DNA of 64,000 nucleotides, taken from Tubulanus polymorphus (taxonomy: Eukaryota; Animalia; Nemertea). The translations under genes were made by a program, and so were the position numbers. Position 1 is the stretch's first letter. Every line of letters starts with the position of its first letter. This document shows, piece by piece, positions 13,801 to 26,712 of this stretch. The notes below the pieces were generated by a model. It was not told the origin of the DNA. It saw only the letters and a program-made list of their open reading frames with translations, and did not search any database. The stretch is taken from the NCBI RefSeq assembly GCF_964204645.1, contig NC_134033.1:10238655-10302654 (forward strand), in the 5' to 3' direction.

Positions 13801-16800
13801 ATTTCCCTTCTAAGCATTTACTGTCTCCTATTGTATATTCATATCAAATCGTGACTCTTATATTTTGTACATACCTCAGCAAGAATCATGACCCCAAAAT
13901 ACTCGGACTTGAACCAAAAAGAAGCGGGTCTCTTCATGAATCGATGAAATATTTATTTAAGTAGGCATATGTAGACATGTTAACGACGGACGCACTTTAT
14001 TTTGCAGTAACTGCGGACAACGTTTGTAATAACGGATCAGTGTGTGCTCATAGTTGTATGAGAAATGCTGGTCAAGACCTTTGTCATTGTAATCGCGGTT
14101 ATACACTTGCTTCAGATGGATTCAATTGCCTAGGTAGGTAGACTTGACCACATCCCGGAGGACCGAACAATGGCGGTTCGAATCCCGAAATGAGTTGTAA
14201 TGGTGGGTTTGAATCCCGAGTTGTAATGGTGGTACATAACGAAGATCCTTATCTTTTAATTTAAGATGAAAACGAGTGTGAAAATTTAAACCCGTGCAGC
14301 GACTTGTGTATCAACACGATCGGAAGTTTCCAGTGCGCATGTCAAGACGGTTTTAGTTTGGAGAATGACCAGAAAACATGTTCGAGTAAGAACCCTAAGT
14401 GATATCTATTTTTTCGAAATGTTATTTAATTCAAGTGATAATGCGTGTATGTTTGATATTTGTTTCCATCTCGTGTAGATATTGACGAATGTTTGTTGTC
14501 ACCGTGTGGATTGAATGCGCTCTGTACAGATCTCAATGGTACATACACATGCGACTGTATGTCCGGATTCAGCGGTAGCGGTTCCTGTGAAGGTATGTTA
14601 CGGGTTATCAAGGGTATGCTACGGGGTTATGCTACAGGATGGTGCCCTAGGGGTTATACTAGGTGCACTATGGGGTACGATACGGGGAATCGTAGAGGGT
14701 ATGCTAAGGGTATCCTACGGGATAATTTACGAGTTGTCCTAGGGGTGCGCTATGGGGTATGATACGCGGAACCCTAGAGGGTATGCTAAGGGGTATCCTA
14801 CGGGATACTTTACGGGGTATCCTGGGGGTGCGCTACGGGGTATGATACGGGGAATCGTAGAGGGTATGCTAGTATTCTACGGGATACGTTACGGGATATC
14901 CCAGGGGACGCGCAACGGGGTAACCTAGGAGGTGCACGCTACGGGGTACTTACTATACGTAGTATCATAGGAGTTGTGCTACGGGGAACGAGACGGGATA
15001 CGCTAGATGATATGCTAGCGGGTGCACGCAGCACATAATCGAAACAAGTCACAAATGAATCTTCAGTATACGTATGTATATATGATAACCGGTGTCGCCA
15101 TTTCGTTTTTAGATGTAGATGAATGTAATGAGAATCCGTGCGGAGTGAATGCGGCGTGTTTGAATTTACCCGGTATCTACACGTGTTTGTGCGATGAGGG
15201 TTACTACGGAAATCCGGATGTCTCTTGTTCAAAAGGTACGTTGTGAAAATAACGATTGCGAAATATTCTACAGCGAAGCTTTGCGTCTTACCCCTATACA
15301 CATCATCTCGTGTTACCACCAGACTTCAGTTGGTCATATTGTATCGTAGCTTATTAAAAGAATCGCGTCATCTTTCTTTCGTTATAGCTGATATGATCTA
15401 CGCCGGAGAATTACGACTGAAACAACAATTCAATGCCGATTTATTGAATAGAAGTTCGATCGCTTTTCATATTTTGTCTAAGAAAATAGAACAACGGGTA
15501 AGGCGAAGAAACCGCTATTAGAGATATTCATCCGTTGAATTGTATAAATATCTGAATTACTATGTGCTCGTTTATATTTACAGCTGAACGATGTGTTTTC
15601 AAACCAATACCAGAATTTCAAATCTGCCACGATCAATAGCTTTAGGTATGTTACCATCAAATTGAGACTAGAAATTAAGAATACTTTTAATACCCAGTCA
15701 AATACCTTCAGGTTTAAGTCTGACGCGCGAGAAATATCCAATGAAGCCGAATTTGACGCATTCATTTTTGGATCTAATGCACCTTTGATATGTGTACAAT
15801 GTATGCTTAACAGTAAATTGCCTTTATCACGATTGCCACCTTTGATCACTTGTGGCTCAGGCAAAATATCTTTTTCCAACGCCGCTTATTGTGATGACGG
15901 CCCATCTTCACTCCGACTAAACCGGAATACACTTGCTGTCTCGCGTGGAACTTTATATCTGTCTCCATGCGATCCGGCGCAAGTGTGCGCACAGTTCACA
16001 TAATTCTCTAGAAACTAAGACTGAAATCTGAATTGTTTTCTTTTTGTTTGTTTTTCTAGTGAAGGAAGCACTATCGCAACTTTCTCGCTGGGTTTCAGCT
16101 CGGGTGCGAACACGCCCACGTACAGCCAGCTACAAGACACATTGAGCAGTTCAGTTAATGAGTTACCATCCGGTGTCTGCATCATCGTCGGTGTTGGAAG
16201 TGCTTATTGCACCGGGTCTGCGGTGTCTGGTAAGCCTAAGCCTTTAAATCTTACAACCTTCTCAGTTCTTCGTCAAATCTACTCCAAGACCCAGTTACCG
16301 GTACATCAAAAAGTTCAAGTCTAAAACGGCTAAGTTTGAATTTTGTCCTCTTTGAAAACATAAGGTAACCACCAGCAGTCAAACAGAAGATTTAAATTTA
16401 ACTTTTCTGTGAAAGTTGACGCTATAGTTAAATTTAGTATTTGAGTTCATCTTCAATCAGCGACTTTGAGTTTACCCTTAATCTAATGAGTGAATATAGC
16501 TCTCCTTCTGGGTCCTTTGATATATGTTCTCGATTCCCCTCTCTTCAGATTTTGATGAATGCAGCAACAAAAAATTTCACTCATGCCCTCAAACAACTGA
16601 GTGTAGAAACACGTTTGGCTCATTCGAGTGTTACTGCGCCAGTGGATATATACAGACCGGTAAATCTACTACTAATTCTGCTGTCGTCATTCCGGTCTGT
16701 ACAGGTACGTGCAACACACGACACTACAGTGGCAAGCGAGGGTTCCTCTGACAAACTAAACTTTTTTTTCTAAATTTTTTTTTTAGATGTGAACGAGTGT

Positions 16801-17511
16801 TTGACCGTATGTAAATCTGCGAGTACTGATTGTGTAAACACTGCTGGAGGTTATACGTGTACTTGCAAAACCGGTTACGTCACGAATGGAGCCGTGAATA
16901 TATCCGCTTCCGGTTGTTCAGGTACGAGTAATGACACCATGCGAATACGTCATTTTGGCCGTAAACTTGGTATTTAAACCTCGGTCGCCGCTAACACATG
17001 ACTGCCAAAATGACGCACCGCGACTTTAGATAAATAACCCATACAGCGGTTGTTGAAAGAGTGTCACGCGTATTGTCGGTCATAATTTCGGGCTGTGACT
17101 TGTCGTGACTTCAGTGAATCTTTTTCTTAAATGACCCGATTTTTGTATAATTTTAACATCCCGTTTCTATATTCAGTGATTTGTGTTATTATCGATTTTG
17201 TAGTAAGTGAAGTAAGTGGTGATTACTCGAATAGGACATTAGGTATTCTACTCGGGGGTCTACTAGGCGGTACCGTTGTTATACTGCTGATTGTACTGAT
17301 CGTACTGAAATTGGTGGTGCCGTCGTCGGAGCGTTCCGTTACTCAAACACCAGTGAGAAGATTCAAACCTCCGTCCCCGACACGAGGAGCTGATGACGAC
17401 CAGGCGGAAACTCGTCTTCCCTGGTGGAAACGTGTGCTGACACCTATAACTCGACCGACCAACAGAATCCAAGTCCAGCCTGCATCCGAACCCGGTACAT
17501 CAATGGCGTGA
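1..17511 (+). CDS. Large transmembrane mucin-like protein (PTS repeat-NIDO-AMOP-VWD-EGF x10-SEA-EGF x2-TM), MUC4/SUSD2/mesh-like; 5' end lies outside the window
   Basis: Exons with GT-AG boundaries and consistent phase: <1-5146, 5231-5539 ([15 protein letters not shown] = NIDO), 5650-5854 ([10 protein letters not shown]), 6530-6991 (Cys-rich AMOP), 7206-7408 ([10 protein letters not shown] = VWD), 7662-7826, 8293-8473, 8856-9007, 9232-9355, 11329-11670, 11922-12107; EGF exons 12296-12427, 12813-12941, 13152-13271, 13647-13775, 14008-14133, 14266-14385, 14479-14592, 15113-15235; SEA 15388-15497, 15584-15645, 16060-16229; EGF 16549-16704, 16787-16921; TM and tail 17204-17511 ([21 protein letters not shown]). 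Confidence 0.92.
9700..9913. mobile_element. Palindromic dimer of a small MITE (CAGTTCCACAGTT...AACTGTGGAAC family)
   Basis: Two ~105-bp units, each with terminal inverted repeats, joined at GGGCCC (9804-9809); related pieces at ~6340-6430, 19770-19830, 34705-34900, 35430-35740. Confidence 0.7.
10960..11060 (-). mobile_element. Degenerate 3' end of a LINE ORF2 (L2/CR1-like)
   Basis: Minus strand reads [27 protein letters not shown], resembling the typical 'P.LWN.LP..I....S...FK..LK' LINE C-terminus. Confidence 0.55.
13352..13572. mobile_element. MITE in a mucin intron
   Basis: Inverted termini AACCCACAGTAGATATATAGAA / TTCTATATATCTACTGCGGGTT. Confidence 0.65.
14593..15020. repeat. Intronic degenerate minisatellite (ACGGGGTATGCT-like units)
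   Basis: Repeated GGGGTATGCTA/CTACGGG motifs with a ~85-nt higher-order repeat, starting right at a splice donor. Confidence 0.75.
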
Positions 17512-18394
17512 GTCCGGTCCCGTGTCCGATTAAGACTATATAATCTCCAACCCCATCCTGGTTCTTTGATTTACGCGCTTTCATTTTACCCTCAATACCC
17601 AGTTTAACTATCCTCAGCTATGACGTAGAACTTTATTAGCGTAGATTAGATGATGCATATCGTATGGGCGATGATTGGGTCGGAGCCAGTGTTTTATCGA
17701 GGACTTCAGAATGTGATAAAATTGTGTGATATTTCTATTTATTTTGTGATCGCCACAGATATAAAATACACTGGTTTTTAAAGGTGTTTATGTTTACTTA
17801 TAATCATCTTTTCTAAACAGCTTTCAAAGAATCTATTGCAATTATATTATGATAGAAATGATAATCAAATATCAGATAATAATAAAAAACCATAAAAATG
17901 ATAATATCTTCCATTTATTGTCATGTAGCTATAATTTGTAGAAATATGAATGATTTATGATATAATATGTAAGACTTTCACCGTCCACAAATAGCAGATG
18001 AAATGATCCGGTTTTATCTATGCAAAGTTTTTCTATCGAAATTTATGATATTGATAATAATCATGATGATGATGATGTAAATTTTAATGAGTTTCGATTG
18101 TTAATAAATTAATGATGTTGATATTGATGTTTTATGATGTTACGAATGTTTATTTTCTGGTATAAATAAAGAACAAAACATTATTTAATGCTACTTACTG
18201 CATCGTCGTGCTTTCTTCTGTGGTTATTAATACATGTCCTTATAATATCAATGATGAAATATGCTTTTATATTGCATATTTATACAACTCACAGAATAAA
18301 AACACTGCAAAAACAGATTCTCAGAATTAAAGGCAGTTTCATATATGCTTGAACAAATAGAACCCAGGATTTAGTCATGCAAACGAGATTTTGA

Positions 18395-18515
18395 TCTTGA
18401 AATAGGGATTGTCCCTGTTATTTATTTGGCTGGTAAATTTCGTTTGATTTTTCGATTGAGTGTCCCTTACAGACCCACCACACCTGCCGAGAGCGAAACA
18501 GGGGGTTTGATCACG
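18395..18515 (+). repeat. Dispersed repeat family, copy 1
   Basis: GAAATAGGGATTGTCCC...GTGTCCCTTACAGACCCACCACACCTGCC...GAAACAGGGGGTTTGAT; inverted copy at 51420-51683 and diverged copy at 41400-41618. Confidence 0.75.
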
Positions 18516-18659
18516 CTAATGAGATTAACAATTTAGACTACCGCGCGACTGACACTGTTCGAGATTAGGTAGTTCTCTAGGCGTCGACCATTCTCGACAT
18601 TTAAATCGGATGTTGAAAATAGGCGCCTATGTAACGATTATGAGAAGAGACGGCGAAAT

Positions 18660-18745
18660 TACTCGCACTCACCCGGGTCTTGTACGTAGAAAGTAAGCGC
18701 GCTAACCAGTGGACCAATAGAACTAGTCCACTTGGCTAGTGGTTA
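18660..18745 (-). mobile_element. Possible tRNA-derived SINE head
   Basis: Minus strand TGGTCCACTGGTTAGCGCG (A-box-like) followed by GACCCGGGT; no intact cloverleaf. Confidence 0.35.
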
Positions 18746-19852
18746 TACAGCTTGTCGCATATGCGTAACACCTAAACCTCGCATAAATCATATTTGGAAA
18801 AGTCTATGTTTGTAGTACGTTCATCTACCTTCATCATATCTGAAACATCAGACTGTATTAGGCACTGTTTGTGAAAAGTGGTCTGCATACCCATTCTTAC
18901 AAAGGAAACTTTCAAACACTGTCCTAACCAATGTGCAACTGTCTAATGAGTATATGCTGGTTTGTAACACAGGATCGAGTCCCATGAGGGCTACGGTTAC
19001 GGCCGAGCAAGATGAAGCCGGATAATTTGCATCTGACAGCCCGTGCATAACAAATCAATCAGTCCAACAGACCTCAAATTACTTGTAACAATCAAATACA
19101 GCATGTCCGGGACCAGATCCTCTAAACCGTATCTTTAATGAATCAGCTCAATAGACCTCAGACTCTCTACAAATATATACATGTATTAGAATCAGCATCT
19201 TCAAGGCCATAAATACTATTATTCTATTAGTCGAGTAGAGAGATCAAAATTATCTGGTTGCATATTGACCTGAATATGATGCTGAGTTAATTATTATAGC
19301 TAGTCTGAAGTGTATTAAACTGATTTTATATAAAATCATTTAAATTCAAAATTTCTGCCTATGTATGGCGCAGCAGATGCTGTGTTATTTTTGAAAGCTA
19401 TTGTGTGAAGTATGTTGAACTGGTCTAAAATACACCACTCGTTATCGGTGTCGTTTATCATTATATGTAATTTGTCATTATCTACATTATCTGTCATTAT
19501 CGATGGCATTTGTCATCTGCGATCTGAAGTGAGGAATTAGGAACAGAAATTGTACTAATTCTTCAAAGGAATATCTGAGATAAATAGGTTTATATGTAAA
19601 CTATTGTATACTTTTATTCTATCTAAAATTCTTAATATTTGAATAAAATTATCACAGTAAGTTTGACATTCATTTATACCGTATATACAATGTACGTGTA
19701 TACAATCTATTTTCGAACGTAGAGTTTAAGTGAAATTGAACCGATTCAAGTTTGCGTTAGCCGAGTACGATGGAACTGGATCCAGAACACTGTGGAACTG
19801 GTGTCCAGAGCTGTGGAACTTGGTACCGAAGTTCTCTTTTGTACGTAATGTC

Positions 19853-22800
19853 CTAATCGTCTCTACAGCGAACTCGAGCTCCTGGAGATTTCTTCACAGA
19901 TCGTCGTGAACTATTTCTGCTTCTATTCTGTGCGTTATGAGTTGAGGTTTCAGCAACCGGCTCATTCACCGTGGCCTCTGATCCAGTTTGAACATTGCTA
20001 TTATTTATCTGTTGGTTTTCTGGAACAGTTTCAGAATTCTTAACAGTATCGGCACCTTCAGTGCCAGCGCCAGTATCATTGTGTCCAGCAACATCAGTAG
20101 CATTCTCCTGTTCGGTGTATTGACCTCTGTCTAAATCAGCGACCCCACTGTCCGGTTTATTCTGGTTATCACTCCGGTTTTCAACGACATCATTGTTGTT
20201 GTTGTTATTATTAGCCTCGTCTGCGCTTGCTGTCGTCTGTTTCTGGCCGCCTTGCTCATCTGATTCCATTCTGTGCAATGAACGTTCCCTCTTTATCTTT
20301 AAGATTTCCTCTGCAAGAAGAATTAATTCATTTCAAATTTTACCGATAACTGTGGAACTGAATTCGGTTCTTTGATCATCTGGTATCGTTAAGTCTTTAT
20401 AGAAGTGACTTCTAGACTTACTTCCTCGTTTTTCCTTCGGTGGTACCAGATACAGGGTGTTGACCTCTTCACCGCACGACTGACATGGTTTAGTATCGAG
20501 ATTCTGTAGTTCTTTAGGCGTCAACCATTCTCCGATAAAACTTGCTTCCTTACATCGAGGACATTCCATCAGACGTTGAAAATAGGCGCCTAAAACGAGC
20601 CAAACCTTTGTTTGAATTATATACGAAATAAATCTAGATAAAAATGTCTGTAGTACATTCCTCTACTGAATTATCTTAACCCCCTTCTGATTATATTGGG
20701 CATTGTTAGTGAATAGAGTGGTCACCATACCTAACTGGTACCAACACAGAGCGCTCGAAAATTTTGAACTCCAACTTCACCGGTCTAATATGTGGTTTGC
20801 ATGCCTGTTTGGTATGCATGGGGTCACAGGTTCGAGCGCTGCCAGGTATAGGGATACGGCATGGGCTTATCTTTTTTTCTGCGCACTAATTTTGCCTTAA
20901 ATATTCCTCTTAGCCCATTAGTAACAAGATCAAGGCCCAAGAAATCTGTTAGATTTTGATGTAAAAATTTCACATTTTTGCGTTGTCCGTTTTCTAATTA
21001 TGCCCTAATATGTATGTTCATGGTCCCACCAGATACAAAACTGCCTTTGAAATGCTTTATTTTAGTGAACTGACTGCAGCTAACTGATGACTATGCCTGT
21101 ATTTGTGTTAGGCTGACTAGTGATTACCTGGAAACTGTTCTAAAAGTCGTTCAATATTAGCGAGAACTTGTAGCATTATAATCCACAATATTTCTGTCTC
21201 TTTGCGTTCCGTGTCTTCATCTTTAACCTCATAACCGAGATGTCTTAAATCAACCCGAATTACTGAACTACCGTCATCATTGCCTTCATTAGACACGCGT
21301 AGAGCAGCCTGATACTGAGCGTGTTTAGCCATCATTCCCAGCTTCCAGTGAGCTAGATACTGTAACTGATAACGCGGATGATGCAACCGAACTGTTATGC
21401 GTTGGAATAGTCCGGGCGGGATATAACGAGGGAACCGGTATAAGATACATACACCAGGATTAACCGATACGTAATTCCAGTCAGATCGAACATTCTCCGG
21501 TTCGTCCGTGTGACGTAACCAAGCCAATAATGTACGACTGACGTCTTTATCCGAAGCTTCTTCGGTTGCTTCTGCCGACAGGGTATTCCCCGATGAAGTG
21601 GCGTCTTTATCGTGACCCTGATTGACCTTCTCGGCGCTACGAGACTGCCGCTCGGAGGCACTGCCATTAATCCCCTGTTTCGATCTTGACCGTTTTACTT
21701 TCACCTTTTTGTCGACGTTTAGTTCAGTATCTTTCTTATAGTCGTGAGGAGTGAGGATATACCCGCCATTCTTCAGCCGTTTACCGAGCGGATATCCGAC
21801 CTCGAAGTATTTGTTAAGATGCTCCATCGCGTCGTAGAACGAACCTTCGAAAGGAATCGCATTCGAAGCCATCGCTTTCAACATATCTTTCTCCAACACC
21901 GATTCTTTCACGTATTGTTCTTTATATTGTATGAATTTTTTCACGCCGAGACCTGCGGCCTTGAAGCAATCCTCCTGCGCGTAGTCGAGAACGTCCGTGA
22001 CGTCATGACGCATCAACGCGTGCATCACTTCCGGTATGAATGAACTGCGCAGTACAACGTTATCCCTAAAAGCCGGGTGATTAGAATCGTAGAATATTTT
22101 ACCCGAGTTATGGAGGAACTCGACGATGTTCGTCATTAAGTGTCGCATGCCGCATTTCGCTGAAGCCATATCAACAAATTCGGACCATTTCATGATGGGA
22201 ACAGGCATCAGATTTCCGTGCTCCTCGGTGAGGTTCTCTACTTCGAGCCACAGTGACGGGATAACCCTCATCACCTGAGGAAATAGAGTCTTATTCATCG
22301 CCATTGTTTTAATAGCGGTTACTAGTTCATCCATACCGCGCATCGTAGCCGAACTGAACGCTATCACATCCGGGTATATATCCTGCTGTAGTTTTAACAG
22401 ATTCATATATAGTTTGTATTGTTCGGTGAGAGCTGGTGAAATCTGAGTGCGTTGTTTTATCTCCTGCACATCTCGCTCTATCGTCTTCAAATGTTCGTCT
22501 ATATAACGGCTGATACTCTCTTTAACCTCGGCACATACCTGCAACGCCTGGGCATCCGGAACTAGATCAGCGTGAGTTCCCACTACGATCACGATTAGAT
22601 GTTTTAACTTGGCAAGCAGCCAATCGATCCAAATTCCCAATTTCTCGTAGAAGTTGCGACTGTTGTATTCGGCCACGTTGAAACAGAGTATTATCAAACA
22701 TGGCGGCTCTAAGAAGAAATACTGTTCGCACTGGTAGAACGTGTTACCTGACAGATCCCATATTGATAGATTCAACGGTTTACTTTCAACAACCTCCTCC

Positions 22801-25800
22801 CTCTCTTCACCACTGTTGTTATCTACCTCTTCGAGTTTAATGTCGGTAGCAGCAGCTCCCGCTGGTCTCGGGGTCGTCTGGTTCGTAAGATCAGCCGTCT
22901 CCAGGGCCACGTCGAATATGTCCAGCCCGACTGTTCGGTCTTGTTCGTTCTCTAATCTTGGTAGTTCGTCCAGTAAAGTCTGTATCATACTAGTTTTACC
23001 GGACATGAAAGCACCGACCGTGAACACTTTAATCCCTTGATAAGTTTTACGCCCGGTGTTCAACTCCTGGAAATACTGAACCATAGCTCGCAGACCGCAC
23101 TCGCATATATCTAACGGAGGGTTTATCAGCGGATTGCCTTCAACGTTTACCCGCTTATCAGTATCGTAGCTCAACTTCTTTATCAGATTTCCGTTTATCG
23201 ATTTGATGACGTTGTTGCTCAAATCGAGATCTTTCGACATCAGAATCAAGTGTTCGGGAAAGCGCACTATTTTATTATCGGACAGATCGATGGCGGCTAT
23301 TCGGCGTTTCGGCGGGCGACGCACATTTATCGTCGGTAATCGATCTATTTTATTCAAACTCGCGTTCAAATAGTCCAGTCGCGGAAGCGTAAATATCTCC
23401 GGCGGTAAGTAGGTCAGCCGGTTTCTAGAGATATCGATCTCTTTTAGGTACCGTAGATTTTTAACATCGGGCGGAACATCCCGGATTACATTCCCAGCCA
23501 GATAACACAGTTCCAGTCTCCGTAGCGGTTTTATATCGCCGAAAACGCTAGCGAGTTTATTGTTCTCTAGGACTAACGAGGTGACTTTCTTTAGCTTTTC
23601 GATACCCTTCACGTTCTGTAGCCGGTTATTAGAGGCGCTCAGTCGCGTGATATTCTTCAGACGCCGCAGTACGGTCGGTAGTCTTGAGATGTTATTGTAA
23701 TCGACTCGAATCTCTTTCAGTTCGTCCAGGAATTTCATCGCCTCCGGAAAACTTTCGTCGTCCAGTTTATTATGCGCTACGTCAAGTTTTTGTAAACTGC
23801 TCAAACCTTCGATCAGATCTTTAGTAATGGCGGTCAATCCGAGTTTATTTAACTCTAGTCGTTTCAACTGTTGAGACATGATGCGTAAATTTTCCAGACT
23901 GTTCAGCGATTTGTCCATCAGTCTCAGACCGACAGCGAGTTGTTTACGAGGTGACGGAAGACGGTCCGGCTCGTAATGGCGGCTACCGCGGAATCCGAGT
24001 TGAGCCAATGGTAGTAGACCATTCTGCAGATACCCGGATGATATCTTATTCACGTCCGAGCATTTTTTACCGTCTGCTATCGGAGTTTCATCGACCGACG
24101 AGACCGAACCGGCGCTACAAGTAAAAAAGAAACATAATAAAGCTTTACGACGATTGACTCACAACATCCTAAGATCTGACCCACAATATTCAAGGCAATT
24201 GAAGCAGAGATTATTGACCCACAACATTCAGAGATTATTGATCTAAAATATCCAGAGACCCACAATATCCTAAGATCTGCCCTACAATATTCAAGAGAAT
24301 TGACCCACAATGTTTAAGAGAATTCAAAAAGAAGTAGAAGTTTCAAAGGTATTCGAATCAGCGTAGAGTTGAGACCTCACGTCGAGTCGAGTTTAACAAG
24401 ACTCGATTCATTAAAATTCGCAATAAACAATTATTTGAATTTTGATGAGAAGTAAATATTCATACAAACTTTAAACATCCAAAAACTGGTATATTTGATC
24501 ACGAAAAGTTCGTGATTTTATATGCGAGTCCTCGTAATTCACAATTCATACGATGTTTATTTCTGTCAAAATTGACGCTTCGACCACAAACATTATTTGT
24601 ATAGATAGTTTACTTACTGTAAGTGACCGTTACCCTGTGTAAGTACGAGTAAGTACGAGCTTCTATGCACTAATGTGATATGTAAGACTCGTTTAAGCTA
24701 TTTCAAGTATCATTAATAACAAATCGCGTTTGATTGCGACGGATTAAAATCATTTCCAATAAAAAGAATCCGTGTTGTAATAAATCATAGTTTGACGGCT
24801 GTTCTGTGTTTTCAAAGTTATACGGAACAGGTTCTCCAAAGAATTATCAATACGCAGGTGCCTTCCTTATACACACCTATCATCATTCATTACTCTTGCT
24901 TGATTTTTAAATCTTTGATAGTTTGTAGCGAAATCTGTTTAAATGTATTATATAACATACCGCGCAGGTAAATTGGACGACGTCATACGTAGTTACATTT
25001 AGTCTAAACCTGAAAGACTTTGTAAGGCAGAAGGTAAGAGATGGTTTGGTAAATCTACTGTCGATAAAAATGTTTTAATTTGTGATTTTCTAATTCGAAT
25101 GGAATTTCCTTTCAATTTCAATTTTCGTAGAGATCGTAGTCAGCAACCTCATTCACATCTCAATTCTTAGCACGACACTAGGGGTTTGTAAATTCAAGAG
25201 AACCTTAAAACGCAAAACCGTATCGACTGCATATTCTAAACCAACAACCGTTAGTAAACACTCAATCATTTACTCCTTACGCATTTAGTCCCAACAGTAA
25301 ATACAACGAGATGGATAGTACTTTACAGGTTAACTATAATTAATTAGACAAACGAGCTTCCGCTACTAATTTAGTACAGCTTCATCGGGTGAATGGGGGA
25401 ATTTCAGTCCCAGTGGTGTTGTTGGCAAACCAAAGTTGACACTAAAACTATTTTCCTAATTTTTCTACCAAATACTCCCGATACACGCTATCACATACCT
25501 GGAACTGGCCCTCGACGAGGCAGCCGATGAAACTCTCTGGTGATGATGCCTAGGTGAAGGTCGTTCCGTCACTGTTCGCAATGTTTTAGGTTCAGTTACA
25601 GTAACTTTCGGAGGAGGAGTTACGAAAGTGACGCTGTTCGTCGATGCAGATGTGTTGCCAGTTTTACTCGAGGAGTTGTGTTGTTGATTACGAGTAGATT
25701 TACTGGCGATTAAAGACGACACCCCCGACGAAGTTTGGCTAAGCGTATCAGCACCGTCCCTGGACGAGGCCGCCCGCCGCGATATAGCTTTTGTCGACAT
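19853..25800 (-). CDS. MFHAS1: Roco protein (LRR-ROC GTPase-COR), MFHAS1/MASL1-like, ~1304 aa
   Basis: Exons 25800-25499, 24114-21128, 20589-20422, 20310-19853 splice in frame (3915 nt). LxxLxLxxNxL repeats; P-loop GAFMSGKT; G3 WDLSG; G4 GTHAD; COR-like IPSLWLEVE, EFLHNSGKIFY, RYIPPGLFQR; C-terminal CPRC...CQSC; no kinase domain. The symbol is a family-level call. Confidence 0.85.
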
Positions 25801-26369
25801 CGCGGTCGTTTTCTAAGGTCGTATTGTTTACACGTCAATCTAAAGCAGCCATCTGTAAAACAGCAAACAAATTCCAAAATAAGACGAATACAAACGTTCT
25901 AAATACTTATTAAAGTTTATATCATGCATTAAATGACGTTTCCATTTCTATAATGGTTTAATTTGGGTTTCGGTCAATAATGATTTATTAGTTTGAATAC
26001 AATATGAATCGTGATATATTAAAACTATAAACGCGTGTTTGAATTCCTTCCGTGAGTGAGCGTTTTAATTTCCTCTTCACTGAGTTCTTCTTCCTTAATT
26101 AAAATCTACGTGCTGTTTTCGATTGGTCAGCGGAGTTGGCACAGACTACTGTCCGCCATGCGCACATGACCTCGTTGGAAAAGAATATATATTACTATTA
26201 AGCGACGACTCAACTGTATCTATTCAAATGTCAAGTCGTTTATAAGTGCAATCATTCCTTTATTCATAATTGCTCTAAAAAGTTAAGTGTGGTTTATTGA
26301 AACCTGGTATATCTAAAATCATCTCTTTAAAATATATGTGTGAAAAAAAACCACAATTTTAGATGAATC

Positions 26370-26712
26370 TATGAACCTGGGGCAGGTTTCATAGTCCGAA
26401 AGCGGATTTAAACAGACTGGTCTTGTGTTGTAAGATTGTATATAGAAGCAAAATGAACTTAGATTTGGTCTTAAGTTGGTCACATCGGAAACAGAACCAA
26501 AATGAGCTCAAACTGGTCTTAAAATGTTATAGATTGCTTACAGAACCAAAGTGAGCTTTGACTGGTCTCAAGTTGTTAGATTAGCTATAGAACCAAAATG
26601 AACTTGGACTGGTCTCAAGTTGTTAGATTGGTTACAGAGCTTTTATAACTGATCTTAAGTTGTTTATTCAGATTGGCTAAAGAATGAAGATGTTCTAAGA
26701 CTAGTCTTATTT
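26370..26712. repeat. Degenerate ~50-bp tandem repeat (GACTGGTCTCAAGTTGTTAGATT...AGAACCAAAATGAACTT)
   Basis: About six imperfect units visible. Confidence 0.7.

Noticed and set aside
14170-14232. GGTTCGAATCCC motifs here and near 49328 and 57830 as tRNA genes
   Set aside because: B-box only, no cloverleaf; at most SINE remnants
17385-17420. Hammerhead-like CTGATGA-CG...CG-GAAAC-TC-GTC
   Set aside because: Lies in the mucin coding exon, stems are only 2-4 bp and stem II lacks the usual G-C closing pair; probably chance (an Infernal search would settle it)
18483-18505. CTGCCGAGAGCGAAAC as a minimal hammerhead in the dispersed repeat
   Set aside because: Core departs from CUGANGA and is not kept in the other two copies
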